DNA from: Nymphaea colorata
Lineage: Eukaryota
Assembly: GCF_008831285.2 (NCBI RefSeq)
Contig: NC_045138.2
Coordinates: 15,686,001-15,750,000 of the forward strand
Length of the DNA stretch: 64,000 nucleotides
Reading direction: 5' to 3'
The notes under the pieces are model-generated. The model searched no databases and was not told the origin of the DNA. It saw nothing but the letters and a program-made list of their open reading frames with translations. The position numbers and the translations under genes were made by a program. This document shows, one piece after another, positions 14,401 through 25,636 of this stretch (within the stretch, counting starts at the first letter, position 1; the number at the start of each line of letters is the position of its first letter).

Positions 14401-16104
14401 GCTGGTGAAAAACTCCACTGTGCCCGTGATTCGAGGCTCTCAAGCAGCCTTAGGTGCACATATGGTTTCCCGACGCAGATCCTAGCGATCTGCTTGGTGT
14501 GCTACGCTAGTGTAATTTCCTCTGTTTTTTACTTTTGAGCATCGCTTCCCCCCCTGCGTCCGTCTCCTCCTCTCTTCTTTTGATGATTGCAGATTTGTGC
14601 TTGGATCGTCGCTAATACAGTACTACTAAGCGAATCCAGTTCACTGGGTATAATTTTTCTACATTAAACGCAATCCTCTGTGAGACACAGTTCTTTGATA
14701 ATTGTTCCCTCTTTACCACACTCTCCATGTTGGGTCACAATGTGCAATGGATGATCTATGTGTTGGTCATGGATGTGCACTAGCTCTGTATATCCAGTTC
14801 GTTGGTTCATTCTGTTATCTCCTAGAAAATTATATGAACACAAGAAGTTGTATGTGCGTCTGCCGGTCAGCTGCAGCGCATGTCCCAGGACAACTGATGG
14901 CTATCAAGCCACTAAAAAAGATTGTCAATAGAAATGGTAACCTTACAAGTGCATTCAAATTTTAAATTTAGGATATGAGGCTGCACTTGCTTCAATACCC
15001 TATGTATTCCCTGTTACCAACTTCAGTCTTTCATGTTTTAGAATCTGTATGCCATTTAACCCGACATGGAATAAATTCTAAATCTTAAGGCTGCCTTTCT
15101 TCGAAACCCCTATTTCTGTCCCTATGATAAACCAACTTCATTTATTTTGTATTTTAGAAGTCTCCTCTTTTATTTAATATTTACTGTTCAAATTTTTGTC
15201 TTCAACAACCGTAAGTTGTTTCTTTTTTGGAAGTTTCAGTGCTTATGAACAATTAGGTCTTGGGATACATAATCTTCACTTTTCTTGAGTTCGTGAGGAA
15301 GTGTCATGAAAAGGCAGTGGTCAATGACTCCACGAGCTCTCATTTTGAACACATATAATTGCTAACTATCAATAAGATTGTTTTGTGAGCTTTTGGTATT
15401 GACCTCGTCATCTTGGAAGTGCTAATCATAGGGTGCTTGCCTCAATTCTGCAATTTGTTGGTGAAGGACAGCAGATTGGAGAAATGGGCTTCTGTTTTTC
15501 TCTGCTGCCTTTGTGTTTCATTATCTCGTGTGCCTAGCATTTAGTTTTCTCCATGACTTCTTCGTCAGTGTTCACTATTGATTTAGTTTGGGTTCTTAGC
15601 GAGTATTTTCCTTTGGTCTGTAGCTTCAAGGAGTAGGATTTTACTTTTACTACAGTTCTAGGTTTGGACTGTTGTATCAGGGTTTTGATTTAGTTGTTTG
15701 CCAGGGTTGCTTCCAGAGCTGATCTCCATATGGGATGCACAAGGTTCCAGCATTAGAGCCAACTCCTGCAAAGACATGCCTGTGCCTTTTAGCATGTGTA
15801 TCCCAATCAGCCAAATAATGTAAATTTACCTGAATATATAGCTACAAGTAATTATATGGTGGCGGCTCCATAAATAAGCTCATCTAATTGGTGCTGTTGA
15901 TTTATGTCCTTGAAAATTTTGGTTTCTGTCTAAGGAGGAATTTGTGCATGTGATATCTTCAACTGGTCAAATGGTATGAATTTTTCTTTAGACATATTGA
16001 TTTTTAGTGTTTTAAATATGTAGGTGTATTCTTTTGCACTGTTTCTATGGACCATTCTTATTGATGATGGTCTCGTTGATTGAATCACCAGGAATAAAGA
16101 AAAA

Positions 16105-17376
16105 ATGCCTCTTAAAAAGTTTGGTGATCGGCCATCTAGTGATGTTGTTGTTCGACTGCGGACCAAAAATGGTAGGGATGACTGGTTTTACTGTCATACA
16201 CACATTATCACACGAGAATGCCAGTACTTTGCAGAGCGACTGTCAGATAATTGGCCCACACTGCAGATAATCGACTCCCGGAATTGTGTTGATGTTTACT
16301 GCGACGAGTCTGAGGTCGACCACTATGTCAACTTCTTACGGTTGCTGTACAATCCAAATACGTCAGAGAACACATTGTATGGTGTCATAAGCACACTTGG
16401 GATCCTTCAAGTGGCCATCGTTCTAGGCAGCAAGCGCATAGCATGTGACTGTGTTGAATACCTGGAAGCAGTCCCGTGGGAAGAGGCTGAAGAGGAGGAA
16501 ATCCTGAGGGTTCTCCCAAAGCTTGGTCCTCAAGCCGAACCAATCCTTGCTCGATTACAACCTGTTGATTCTGCTGCTATCCACAAGGTTTTTGTTGCAG
16601 CGTTGCATCTAGCAACTGCCTTCTTGCCCTCATCAATGGATCAGCCAAAAACCACGGTTCAAGAGCAACTTGAATATATGCTCACAGAGGACGACGATGC
16701 TCCGTTGTTAGCTGCAGATGAACACATAAAAGATGAAGTGAGAAAGTGCCTCCAGAGTCTGTTTTCCAGATTAGAGGAAGATATTGAAAAATCATCCTTG
16801 CATCCTTTAGAAGGGGAAACAGAGACGCGGTTCATCAAAACACTGTCTGATCTTTCTTGGATCTGTAGCATCCTGCCAAGATTGGACTTAATGAAGCACT
16901 TTGCAGAGACTTGGTTGAATATCTCAAACAAAATTGTGGAAGCTACTGGGATCATGAAAGGTTCAGAGCCGGGTGTGCTGGAGCTCAAGTTGAAGGTGAC
17001 AGAGGTGATGGCTAAGGTGGTGGAGGCAGTTGGATACGGAGTAGCAGTGCTTCCAGTTGACAAGCGACTAGATCTGGTTCACATTTGGCTCCCTTTTGTC
17101 AGGAAAACCAAGCCGGAGTTGGAAAGAAGTGAGAAGGTCGGGTCCAGATTCAGGATGAGGGAAGAGCTATGTGAGACTATAGAATCGGCATTTGTCACGC
17201 TGGTGCTTGCATTGCCATCCCCCAGTCAGGCCAATATCTTGACTGAATGGTTAAAGACAGAGGAGTCCAAGTTCCCTGACCTTAGTGAAGCATTTGAAGT
17301 GTGGTGTTACAGATCAAAGGCTGCTAAGAGGAAGCTGAGTTTGGGCTCCAGTTTTGCAACTACATCTACCAGTTAA
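16105..17376 (+). CDS. BTB/POZ domain-containing protein (At3g05675-like)
   Basis: 423-aa ORF with GDRPSSDVVVRLRT, YFAERLSDNWP, CVEYLEAVPWEEAEEEEIL and FPDLSEAFEVWCYRSKAAKR. A probable 5'UTR exon lies at ~13380-13766. A short upstream coding exon cannot be excluded (acceptor CAG at 16089-16091). Confidence 0.88.
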   Translation: MPLKKFGDRPSSDVVVRLRTKNGRDDWFYCHTHIITRECQYFAERLSDNWPTLQIIDSRNCVDVYCDESEVDHYVNFLRLLYNPNTSENTLYGVISTLGILQVAIVLGSKRIACDCVEYLEAVPWEEAEEEEILRVLPKLGPQAEPILARLQPVDSAAIHKVFVAALHLATAFLPSSMDQPKTTVQEQLEYMLTEDDDAPLLAADEHIKDEVRKCLQSLFSRLEEDIEKSSLHPLEGETETRFIKTLSDLSWICSILPRLDLMKHFAETWLNISNKIVEATGIMKGSEPGVLELKLKVTEVMAKVVEAVGYGVAVLPVDKRLDLVHIWLPFVRKTKPELERSEKVGSRFRMREELCETIESAFVTLVLALPSPSQANILTEWLKTEESKFPDLSEAFEVWCYRSKAAKRKLSLGSSFATTSTS

Positions 17377-18592
17377 AGAGCAGGAAAGAGGAGATCCAGT
17401 TATATTCATAAAACTGTTGTTTGTTCTCTTACTGTTGTATGACTATTCATAAAATTATTATTTTGTTTTTTTCTGTCAATTGTCGTACATCAGATCATTC
17501 CGTTGCAAGATAATTAATAGATGAGAAACAAAAGTTGATTCGGTTGTAATGCCACATTTTGTATCGTGCTTGAGAAAATTTATGACTTCCATATGCTTGG
17601 AAAAAATAAGTAAAATAGAACAAGCTATGAAAAACAAAGATGAGGAAGGAAAGATGGAAGGCGCTGCATCGCACGGGCCTACATCCACAGGTCAAAGATT
17701 ATGACTCCATTTTCTTTTATTTTCATGTTCAACAACTGAATATATATTTGGTGAGCATATTCTTGTTGTTCAACATAATAAAATTGACATCATGTTGGAT
17801 ATTTGTCAAACTGGATTTACCATCAAGTTGCACTCGACATACTAGTATCTGAAGACCTGGTGACCACATTCGACACTTTGAGGAACTGGCTCTGTTGCTG
17901 CCATGTGTGATGCATTATATTAAGGCCTAGCATATGTGAATCTGTGTAATGGCTACAAGCATGCATTTTCTCCTCGCTGTTATCTATTGCAGCTCTCTAG
18001 CCCCTAGCTTCTTCCATGCTCAAGGCTCCCAGGCCTAAGAAGCTGCTATCTTCTTCCCACTTCGACCCGAAATGGGGACAACCCTGAGTTCGTACAGGAA
18101 ACAGACAAAAAATCTCATCTTTGTCTCTGGCAGGTGACAACTATGTGTTCAAACAGGAAAAGCTACTGAACTTTTGTTCCATGCAAATGCCTCATATGTC
18201 CCCTTTACAACGTCATCTCCATCACGTTCACAAGATCTGATGTGCCTGGCATGCTGAATATGTTAACCAGGTCAATTGAGACCAACCAAAACCCAGCTGA
18301 ACTGCAGCATCTCGAAACGAATGTTTCAGTGAGATTAAGATAACTTGATGCTGAATCACCTCGATCGTTGCTTGTCTGAACTGATCAACTTCTGCAACCT
18401 TTACCATGGAAACTTGAACCATCACGACTCTTCATCGATCAAGCCAGTTGACAGAACTTCCGTATTGTTTCAGCGAAAGAACAGCATTAGTGAATCCCAT
18501 TTCTATAGGGATTCGGCCATTATTCATAATAAAAGTACTTTTGTCAGATGAGCTCCGGACTGCAACGTCTCAGGAAATAAACAATCACTAAA

Positions 18593-20497
18593 TTACCAAT
18601 AATCCCCACATGAACATGACCCATCCTTGAAATGATGGAATCTATTTACATCCCTTACAATTATTTCCCTCTCCGTTATCTTAGAAATAAATTTTGTGGC
18701 CGTGTGACAGTCACCACAAACTCTAAGGTTCTTCATTATTCTAATTGTGGTACCTGGCGGAGTACTTATGAGTCCAAATGATATTGCAAGCCTTTCACTA
18801 TGGGTGTACAAAATGCCAACCTTGAGCTCTTCGTCGACATCGTGCAACACAAAATTTGTATCTGGAACATATCCAGCTATTTCCATCTTTTTTGCTAGGA
18901 CGTGAAGCATTTCGTATATTTCTTTAGATTGAGGATGAGTGTTATCCCCGATGCTGAAATAATGAGTTTTGTTATCAACTTCTATCCAAGTCCATCCAGG
19001 TGTCTTCTTTAAACTTTTGCTCGTCATCATCTCCCTCACCTTGGCTACATCTCCCCATCTTCCACCCTTTGCATATATGTTCGACAGCAGAACATAATAA
19101 CCAGGATTTCTAGGCTGTAGCTCAAGAAGCTGATTAGCAGCTTCCTCAGCCAAGTCAACGTTCCCATGGATCCTACACGCTCCTAACATGGCTCCCCAAA
19201 GTCCTTCATCTGCTGTTATTTTCATGCCATTGATCAAATTGTATGCTTCATCAAGTCGTCCAGCTCTCCCAAGAAGATCAACCATGCAAGTATAGTGCTT
19301 CACATCAGGTTCTACGCCGTATTCAGGCATCACACAGTTAAAAAATCGATGACCCTCGTCAACAAGGCCTGCATGACTGCAAGCAGAAAGAATTGAAACA
19401 AATGTAATCCTGTTTGGCCGAACTCCTGAATCTATCATCAAGGGAAATAGGTCAAGAGCTTTTCTTCCATACCCATGAACCCCGTAAGCTGAAATCATTG
19501 CACTCCAAGAAATAACATTCCTCTGTGGCATCTCATCAAACATCTTCCTTGCAACACCTATGCACCCACATTTCGCATACATGCCAATCAATGCAGTGCC
19601 CAAGATCACATCCAAGGAAAACCCTCTCCTAGTTATATATTCATGTACTGCAACTGCTTCATGCATCGCGCCCAACTTTGCACATGCAAAAACGACTGTT
19701 ACCATGGTAACTTTATCAGGAACTACTCCTTCCTTCTTCATCCTATCAAATAAGGCCAAAGATTCACTGGGAAGACCACTGTCCGCATAAGCAGCAATCA
19801 TTACCGTCCAGGAAACCAAGTCTCTCTTACTCATTTTATCAAACAACTGTCGTGCTTCCTCCAAAACCCCGCACTTAGCGTACATGTCAACGAGAGCAGC
19901 CGTCACGAACAAATCCGATCGCAACCCAAACTTGAAAATCATAGTATGAATCTCTCTACCAACTTTCACACCGATCAAATCCCTGCACGCCCTGAGGGCA
20001 AAGGGCGCACTGTAATTATCAAGACGAAAGCCCGAACGAACCAACTCCCGGAAAACCAACAAGCAATTCCAGTAATCGCCAATCTTGGCAAACCCACCGA
20101 TCATCACACTCCAAGAAACACAATCCCTTTTCTCCATTCGATCAAAGAGAACACGGGCATCGGCCATGAACTTAAACTGTGAGTAAGTGTAGAGGAGTTT
20201 GTTCGCGACGGCTGCGTTCTGGGTCATGCCCGTAACAGCCACTTGACCATGAACCTGCCTTACTTGGGCGACGGATTTGCAGGAGATTAGCAGGGAGATG
20301 AAGACCTGCTGGTCGGCGGAAGGTGGAAGAAGGGGTGGTGGGTCCTGGGTGTCCGGGAACGAGTCGGAAACTGCAACACAGGTAGAAAAGAAGCGCATCG
20401 ACCGCAAATAACGCCATCTCCCCACCGTCCGGAAAATGTGAACAGGAGGTGCGGCGGCGGAGGAAAGGGAAGCAGTGAACAGAGTTAATGGGCACAT
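18593..20497 (-). CDS. PLS-class pentatricopeptide repeat protein with E and DYW domains (organellar C-to-U RNA editing factor)
   Basis: Intronless. It has PPR motifs (ALVDMYAKCG, VSWTVMI, HYTCMVDLLGRAG), a PG box (PGWTWIE), the HSE...CGDCH zinc-deaminase motif and a C-terminal DYW. The first in-frame ATG is at 20497; the ORF-track start at 20563 is TTG. Confidence 0.95.
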   Translation of the reverse strand: MCPLTLFTASLSSAAAPPVHIFRTVGRWRYLRSMRFFSTCVAVSDSFPDTQDPPPLLPPSADQQVFISLLISCKSVAQVRQVHGQVAVTGMTQNAAVANKLLYTYSQFKFMADARVLFDRMEKRDCVSWSVMIGGFAKIGDYWNCLLVFRELVRSGFRLDNYSAPFALRACRDLIGVKVGREIHTMIFKFGLRSDLFVTAALVDMYAKCGVLEEARQLFDKMSKRDLVSWTVMIAAYADSGLPSESLALFDRMKKEGVVPDKVTMVTVVFACAKLGAMHEAVAVHEYITRRGFSLDVILGTALIGMYAKCGCIGVARKMFDEMPQRNVISWSAMISAYGVHGYGRKALDLFPLMIDSGVRPNRITFVSILSACSHAGLVDEGHRFFNCVMPEYGVEPDVKHYTCMVDLLGRAGRLDEAYNLINGMKITADEGLWGAMLGACRIHGNVDLAEEAANQLLELQPRNPGYYVLLSNIYAKGGRWGDVAKVREMMTSKSLKKTPGWTWIEVDNKTHYFSIGDNTHPQSKEIYEMLHVLAKKMEIAGYVPDTNFVLHDVDEELKVGILYTHSERLAISFGLISTPPGTTIRIMKNLRVCGDCHTATKFISKITEREIIVRDVNRFHHFKDGSCSCGDYW

Positions 20498-20896
20498 CCC
20501 CTCCGGCGTCCGGTCACCTTCGAAACATTTGAACTCCAACGGACAGGAGCGGGAGCTCTCCAAGCGGGTCGATATTCGCCACTGAGTCGGAACAGAATAA
20601 CCGATTCATGCGCATCCGGATCGGAAACCACCGAGTCGCCTGCCTGTTGGTCCGTACGAGGCGTGACTTGGTGGGGTTCGTATTGAGAGAAAAAGGAGAA
20701 AGAGCCATTACTTGAGAGAGACGGCATTAATCGGGTCGGGGCGGTATGCGATAAAAGTCGACCCGTAACGGCGACCGTAGCCCGTAGCCTGCAGCTCTCA
20801 GTCATTGAGTTCTCCGCCGGACACCGGAATTCCCTATATTTCCTCCTCTTCCCGCTTGTCCTATCAATTGGAAGTCTGGGGGGAGGAGAAGACGTC

Positions 20897-21457
20897 ATGG
20901 GTCGTCTCGGAAGAGCTACACGAGTCGCCGCAGTAATTGGCGGAGCTGCCGCCCTCGTGCTGGCCGTCCGGCCGAAGGATCCCCAGTTCGAGCTTCTCTC
21001 CATCAACCTCACTGGCTTCCGCCTCCGGTTCGAACCTCCGTCCCTCGTCCCCCTCCTCGACATCGGGCTCGTCCTGACCGTCCACGCCACTAACCCCAAC
21101 GTCGTCGGCGTCCGCTACTCCCGCTCCACCATGGCCATCTTCTACCGCGGGTCCCTCCTGGGCGAGGCCCACGTCTGCGCCGGCGAGCAGCGGCGCAACG
21201 CCTGCCGGATCCTCCGCCTCTCGGGGAAGCTGAACTGCCTCGAGATGGCCCACCAGCTCGCCGCGCTCGCCTCCGACCTCGCCCGCCGCGAGATGGAGCT
21301 CGCCGCGGAAACGCGGATAAAGGGGTCGGCGAACCTCCTCGGGTGGCCGCACCGCTTCCACATCGACGTCCACAGCCGCCTCAAGGTGGATCCACTGCTG
21401 CTGGATATCATGGAACAGGAGAACCGGTCCCGTCTCCAGTTGACGCTCTCCTCCTAG
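20897..21457 (+). CDS. LEA_2 / NDR1-HIN1-like protein
   Basis: 186 aa with an N-terminal hydrophobic anchor, then RPKDPQFEL, VHATNPNVVGVRYS and FYRGSLLG, typical of the LEA_2 domain. Confidence 0.85.
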   Translation: MGRLGRATRVAAVIGGAAALVLAVRPKDPQFELLSINLTGFRLRFEPPSLVPLLDIGLVLTVHATNPNVVGVRYSRSTMAIFYRGSLLGEAHVCAGEQRRNACRILRLSGKLNCLEMAHQLAALASDLARREMELAAETRIKGSANLLGWPHRFHIDVHSRLKVDPLLLDIMEQENRSRLQLTLSS

Positions 21458-22797
21458 CCGGTGGAAGATCCTGTTTGGACGATGCCTCCCAAGTTCCTGA
21501 ATTATCTTCTTCTCGTTCGCCCCCCGTTTCAGTGCTTTGGGACCATACCATGGGTAGCTTTACGCGGTTATGCTTGTAAAATCATGATCTTGGTCACATT
21601 CTCCATCGCAATTTATATGTAGACGCCAATTCTTTTGTTTTTCCTTCTGTTTCACGATCCATTCTGAGAGGTGAAATCCAAATCCAATCTGATTATAGAA
21701 AGTAGACACCCACCTGGATTAGAGTGATCCAAATCGTTCTAACTAGTTAAACTAATTTTGAACTTAATTATTAATAAAATATGAATTTTTTTGGTATTTA
21801 ATAACTTAAAATATGTATTCAAATCTAATGAAATGTGCTTCTGGTTCGATAAAAAAAAAGCCGCTTTCTCACACGTTTTATTAGAGGGGCGTATAGATTA
21901 TTTTATATAGAAAGTTTTTTCCACATTCTACTTTTTGACCCTTCTAGGAGAGAGCCTTCCATTTAGCTAGCACTAGCAGAGACATTTTGGTCATTTTCAA
22001 CCTAATCCTTCGTTACGAGTCGATACAAGATCATTCAAAAATTACAGACAACCTCATGTGTTGTTAATAAAATAAATTATTAACACATATTTCATCGACG
22101 AATTAAAAACGAATGATAAGGGCTATTTCGGTATCAACAAAAAGGCCACTTTTAATAGGCGCATTGTATGAAATGGTTCAGTAGTTATGTATAAAAATAC
22201 TACCAAGATTTAATATATGAAATTTCCCTTTCGAAATCTGGCCAATCAGTGATCAACACTAGGCTCCCGATGCTTAATATATAAAATATTCTTTTCCTAA
22301 ACTGGCCAATGCCTGGTCCACACTAGGTTCGATTCCAGAACATTCACATCATATTCACAGTAAAATCTACACACCAAGACCTTGGGAAAAAGAATTTAGG
22401 TTCCTAGAATGCATGCTCTTGATATATGCATACTTCAAAAATGCCATGTTGTTATTTTTATTACATTATGTTTAGTATTTGATTATTAGATTTAGAAATA
22501 ACATTCATGAAAACAAAAATGTCTTCATCTTTACCATATGCATTTTCATATACGAGACGAGTATGAACAATTCATACAACTATTGAAAAAGGAGAAAAGA
22601 GCTTCCACAAATTTGATTATTTAATTCGCATCTGCATGAAATTTGTCGAATCAAGAGGATGAGAGGGTGAGATTTAACGGGCGCTAGTGGACTGAACTTC
22701 GGCCTTGTACCGATTGTCTCTGCCGGCGCTATTTGGGAAGTTCAGCGGCTGCTCCTCAGCCAGGGAAGAGGCTTTTGCCGGGATTCTGGAGAGGCCC

Positions 22798-24801
22798 ATG
22801 GAGAGGTCGGTCGGCGGGACGGAGTACAGCTGGTGCAGGACAGTCGCCAGCGGCACCGGCATCACCGTCCTGACGATCCTCCTCTCCCGCCCGCCGGAGC
22901 CCGCGGCTCTCGAGAAGGCCCTCCGCCGGATCCAATCGCGCCACCCCCTCCTCCGCGCCAGGCTCCAGTGGGGGGACCGCGGCCCCTGCCTCTCCCTCTC
23001 CCCCGAGCCGTACCTCTCCGTGGAGGTCGTGGATTCATCCGAGACCTCGGTCGTTCTCCGGAGCTCCGACGCCGGGGACCCCTTCCACGCTCTTCTTGAG
23101 CACGAGCTTAATCGGAACTCATGGCGGGAGACTCGGATCGAGACGCCCGCCGAGCTCTTCTTCGCGACGGTTTACCGGTTGCCGGACTCGAGGGCGGTCG
23201 TCGCCCTCCGATTGCACACCGGAATTTGCGATCGCGCCTCCGCCGTGAGCATCCTGCGGAACGTCTTGCAGTCCTACGGTGCGGAAGCCGCCGGCGGGAC
23301 GGCGGCGGGAGACAGGGAGGGGCAAAATGGGAATGAGGAAGCGGGAGAGGTGCCAGGGGCGATAGAGGAGATGGTGCCTCAGGAGAAGGGGAGGAAGCCG
23401 TTCTGGGCGCACGGGGTGGACCTGCTGGGCTACTCCGTCGGCTCCTTGAGGTTCAGCAACCTCCAGTTCCGTGACACGACGTCGACTCGCGCGTCTCGGG
23501 TGGTTCGCTTGCAGATGGATAGGGACGAGACGGATCGCATTCTGAAGGTAACAACCATCAATCGTTGAACGCTACAGATCAAGTGAGATGCCACCATGAT
23601 CATTCATTTTTCTCTTTACTTGTGATTTTGTCCAGGCATGCAAAGAAAGGGGAGGGATGACCCCGTCTGTGGCTCTGGCGGCGGCGGCCATGAAGGCCGC
23701 AAACTTTTCTAAGGAAGAACCAAGACCGCAAGTTGAAAGCTACGCCGTGGTCACCTTCATTGACTGCAGAACTATTCTGGATCCTCCCCTTCAACTGGAT
23801 CATGTAGGTATGCCTTTACTGGATACTTCCCCTGGACTAAGGATGTCTTATGGTTTGTTTGACAAAGAAGGATTAAGGTGGATTCGTGGAACAACTTAGA
23901 AAATGTTCAATTAATCTGCCCAATTTGTAATGTAGATTCATGCAACAGTTACAAACTGTACCATTTTCCAAACGAAACCTTAAGGTGCTAGGCTGATTAG
24001 GAGTAAGCTAGAGATTTTTATCACATTAACAGTTGAGAGAAAGCAAGGAGAAAAAGCTGTAATTAATTCATGCTTAGACGACTAAAATGCTCTGTCTTTT
24101 TTTTTTTTTTTTTTTTTTATTTTCTCTCAATAAACCATATGAACTAAAGCTGATTTTAAATGGGTCTTGCATCGAAGGGTTGTTTCTTTATATATGTGTG
24201 CATGTAAATATACCAGATCTTCATAAATGTGCTACTTTGTAAAATGAAAGGTATTTATACAGGGAAACTAGATTATGGGTAGTGATACTAGGTTTATATT
24301 CTTTGAGTTTTTGTGCTAATTTGAGTATTGAACTTGGGTGGCTTTATAGGGTTCTACCACTCGGCGATACTGAACACGCTGAGAGTAAACAGCCAAGAAG
24401 AAGTATGGGACACGGCAGAAAGATATTTCAATGCCCTCACAAACTCAATGAGGTGCAACAAGCACTTCACTGACATGGGGGACCTCACTTTCCTCATGTG
24501 CAAGGCCATCGACCACCCTCCTGCAACTCCTTGCTCTTCCTTGAGGACCTCATTTCTTGGTGTCTTCGAGTCGCCCATAATTGACGACGACGATGGCGAT
24601 AAATGGCGGCAGGAGATCGGCGTTGAGGACTATGCCGGCTGCACGTCGGTTCACGGCGTCGGCCCGTCCATGGCGTTCTTCGACACGATCAGAGGCGGCC
24701 GGCTGGATTGCACATGTGTTTATCCTTGGCCTCTTCATTCTAGGGAGCAAATTGAACAGCTGGTTCTGAACATGAAAAGCCTTCTCTTAGCCAACATATG
24801 A
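22798..24801 (+). CDS. Uncharacterised CoA-dependent acyltransferase/condensation-fold protein (At3g52610-like), copy 1
   Basis: Exons 22798-23547, 23636-23807 and 24350-24801 are GT-AG and in frame. Motifs: VGGTEYSWC, RHPLLRA, LRLHTGICDR, FIDCR, GFYHSAILNT, SVHGVGPS and PLHSREQ. Confidence 0.82.
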
Positions 24802-25636
24802 AGGAAGCCCGCTTTGCTTTTTCAATTTTCAAAGCCTAAAGTTTGCCTGAGCTTGTTTAGCAGTCATGGTTCATGGACAATTCAAAAGGAAATACTTTTG
24901 TGCCGTATTTTTATTCTTTTTCTTGCTTAATTTACACCACTCTCTGAATCTAAGTATGATATAATATTTTCCAAATCATTCACCTTCGTGCTTTATGCTT
25001 TGGCTGTTTCAACAAAATTTGAAATCGTGAGCTGAGATTTTCTTTTAAAAGTTTCTTTGCTAAAAGTTGTAAAAGAAGTACAGCCAACACAACCAACTGC
25101 ACTAATGGTTGGGCCAAAAGTGGACGTAGCTAACTTGAAATCGACAAAGTCCCCAAACTAAACCGACTTTATGCGCTGTTCTTTTTTGCTTTTAAGAAAA
25201 TTGCCGTTTATATGCATTTTTTATTTTTATTTTTCTTTTTTAAAAACGACTTTTGAGTGTTTTTGGTCGATTCACAAGCGGTTCAGCTGAATCCGCGAAT
25301 CATCTGATTTACCGAATCGGCAACTCTCTCGATTCGGTTTAGGAACCGATTTTACAGTATTGCTAAAAAGGATTTGGATTTGGATACGAGAGTCGATCGA
25401 TCTGGATCGGTTCGTCCCGTTTCGGGTCCGGTAAAGCTCACGTGATAAGCCCAAAAAAGCATTGCTAAAAGCCTAAAAGTAGTGGCAAAGAAAAAAAGAT
25501 CATCCGACGAGGGCATTTCCGTCATTAAATTGGAAGTTGAGAAGTCTCAACCTCGAGTTCATCGGGCAGCACTTTTTCTGCTCCCTGGTCATTTCTCCAT
25601 CCTCAGGGAAGAGAATATTTTTCGGTGTTTCCCAAA

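Noticed and set aside
20485..21579. Several overlapping alternative-frame and antisense ORFs around LEA_2
   Set aside because: These are by-products of high GC content and few stop codons, with no recognisable motifs.
23851..23979. Tourist-like MITE candidate with TTA flanks (similar candidates at ~58130-58490 and ~32580-32790)
   Set aside because: The TIRs are short and degenerate (~8/12), so they cannot be supported without a genome-wide search.
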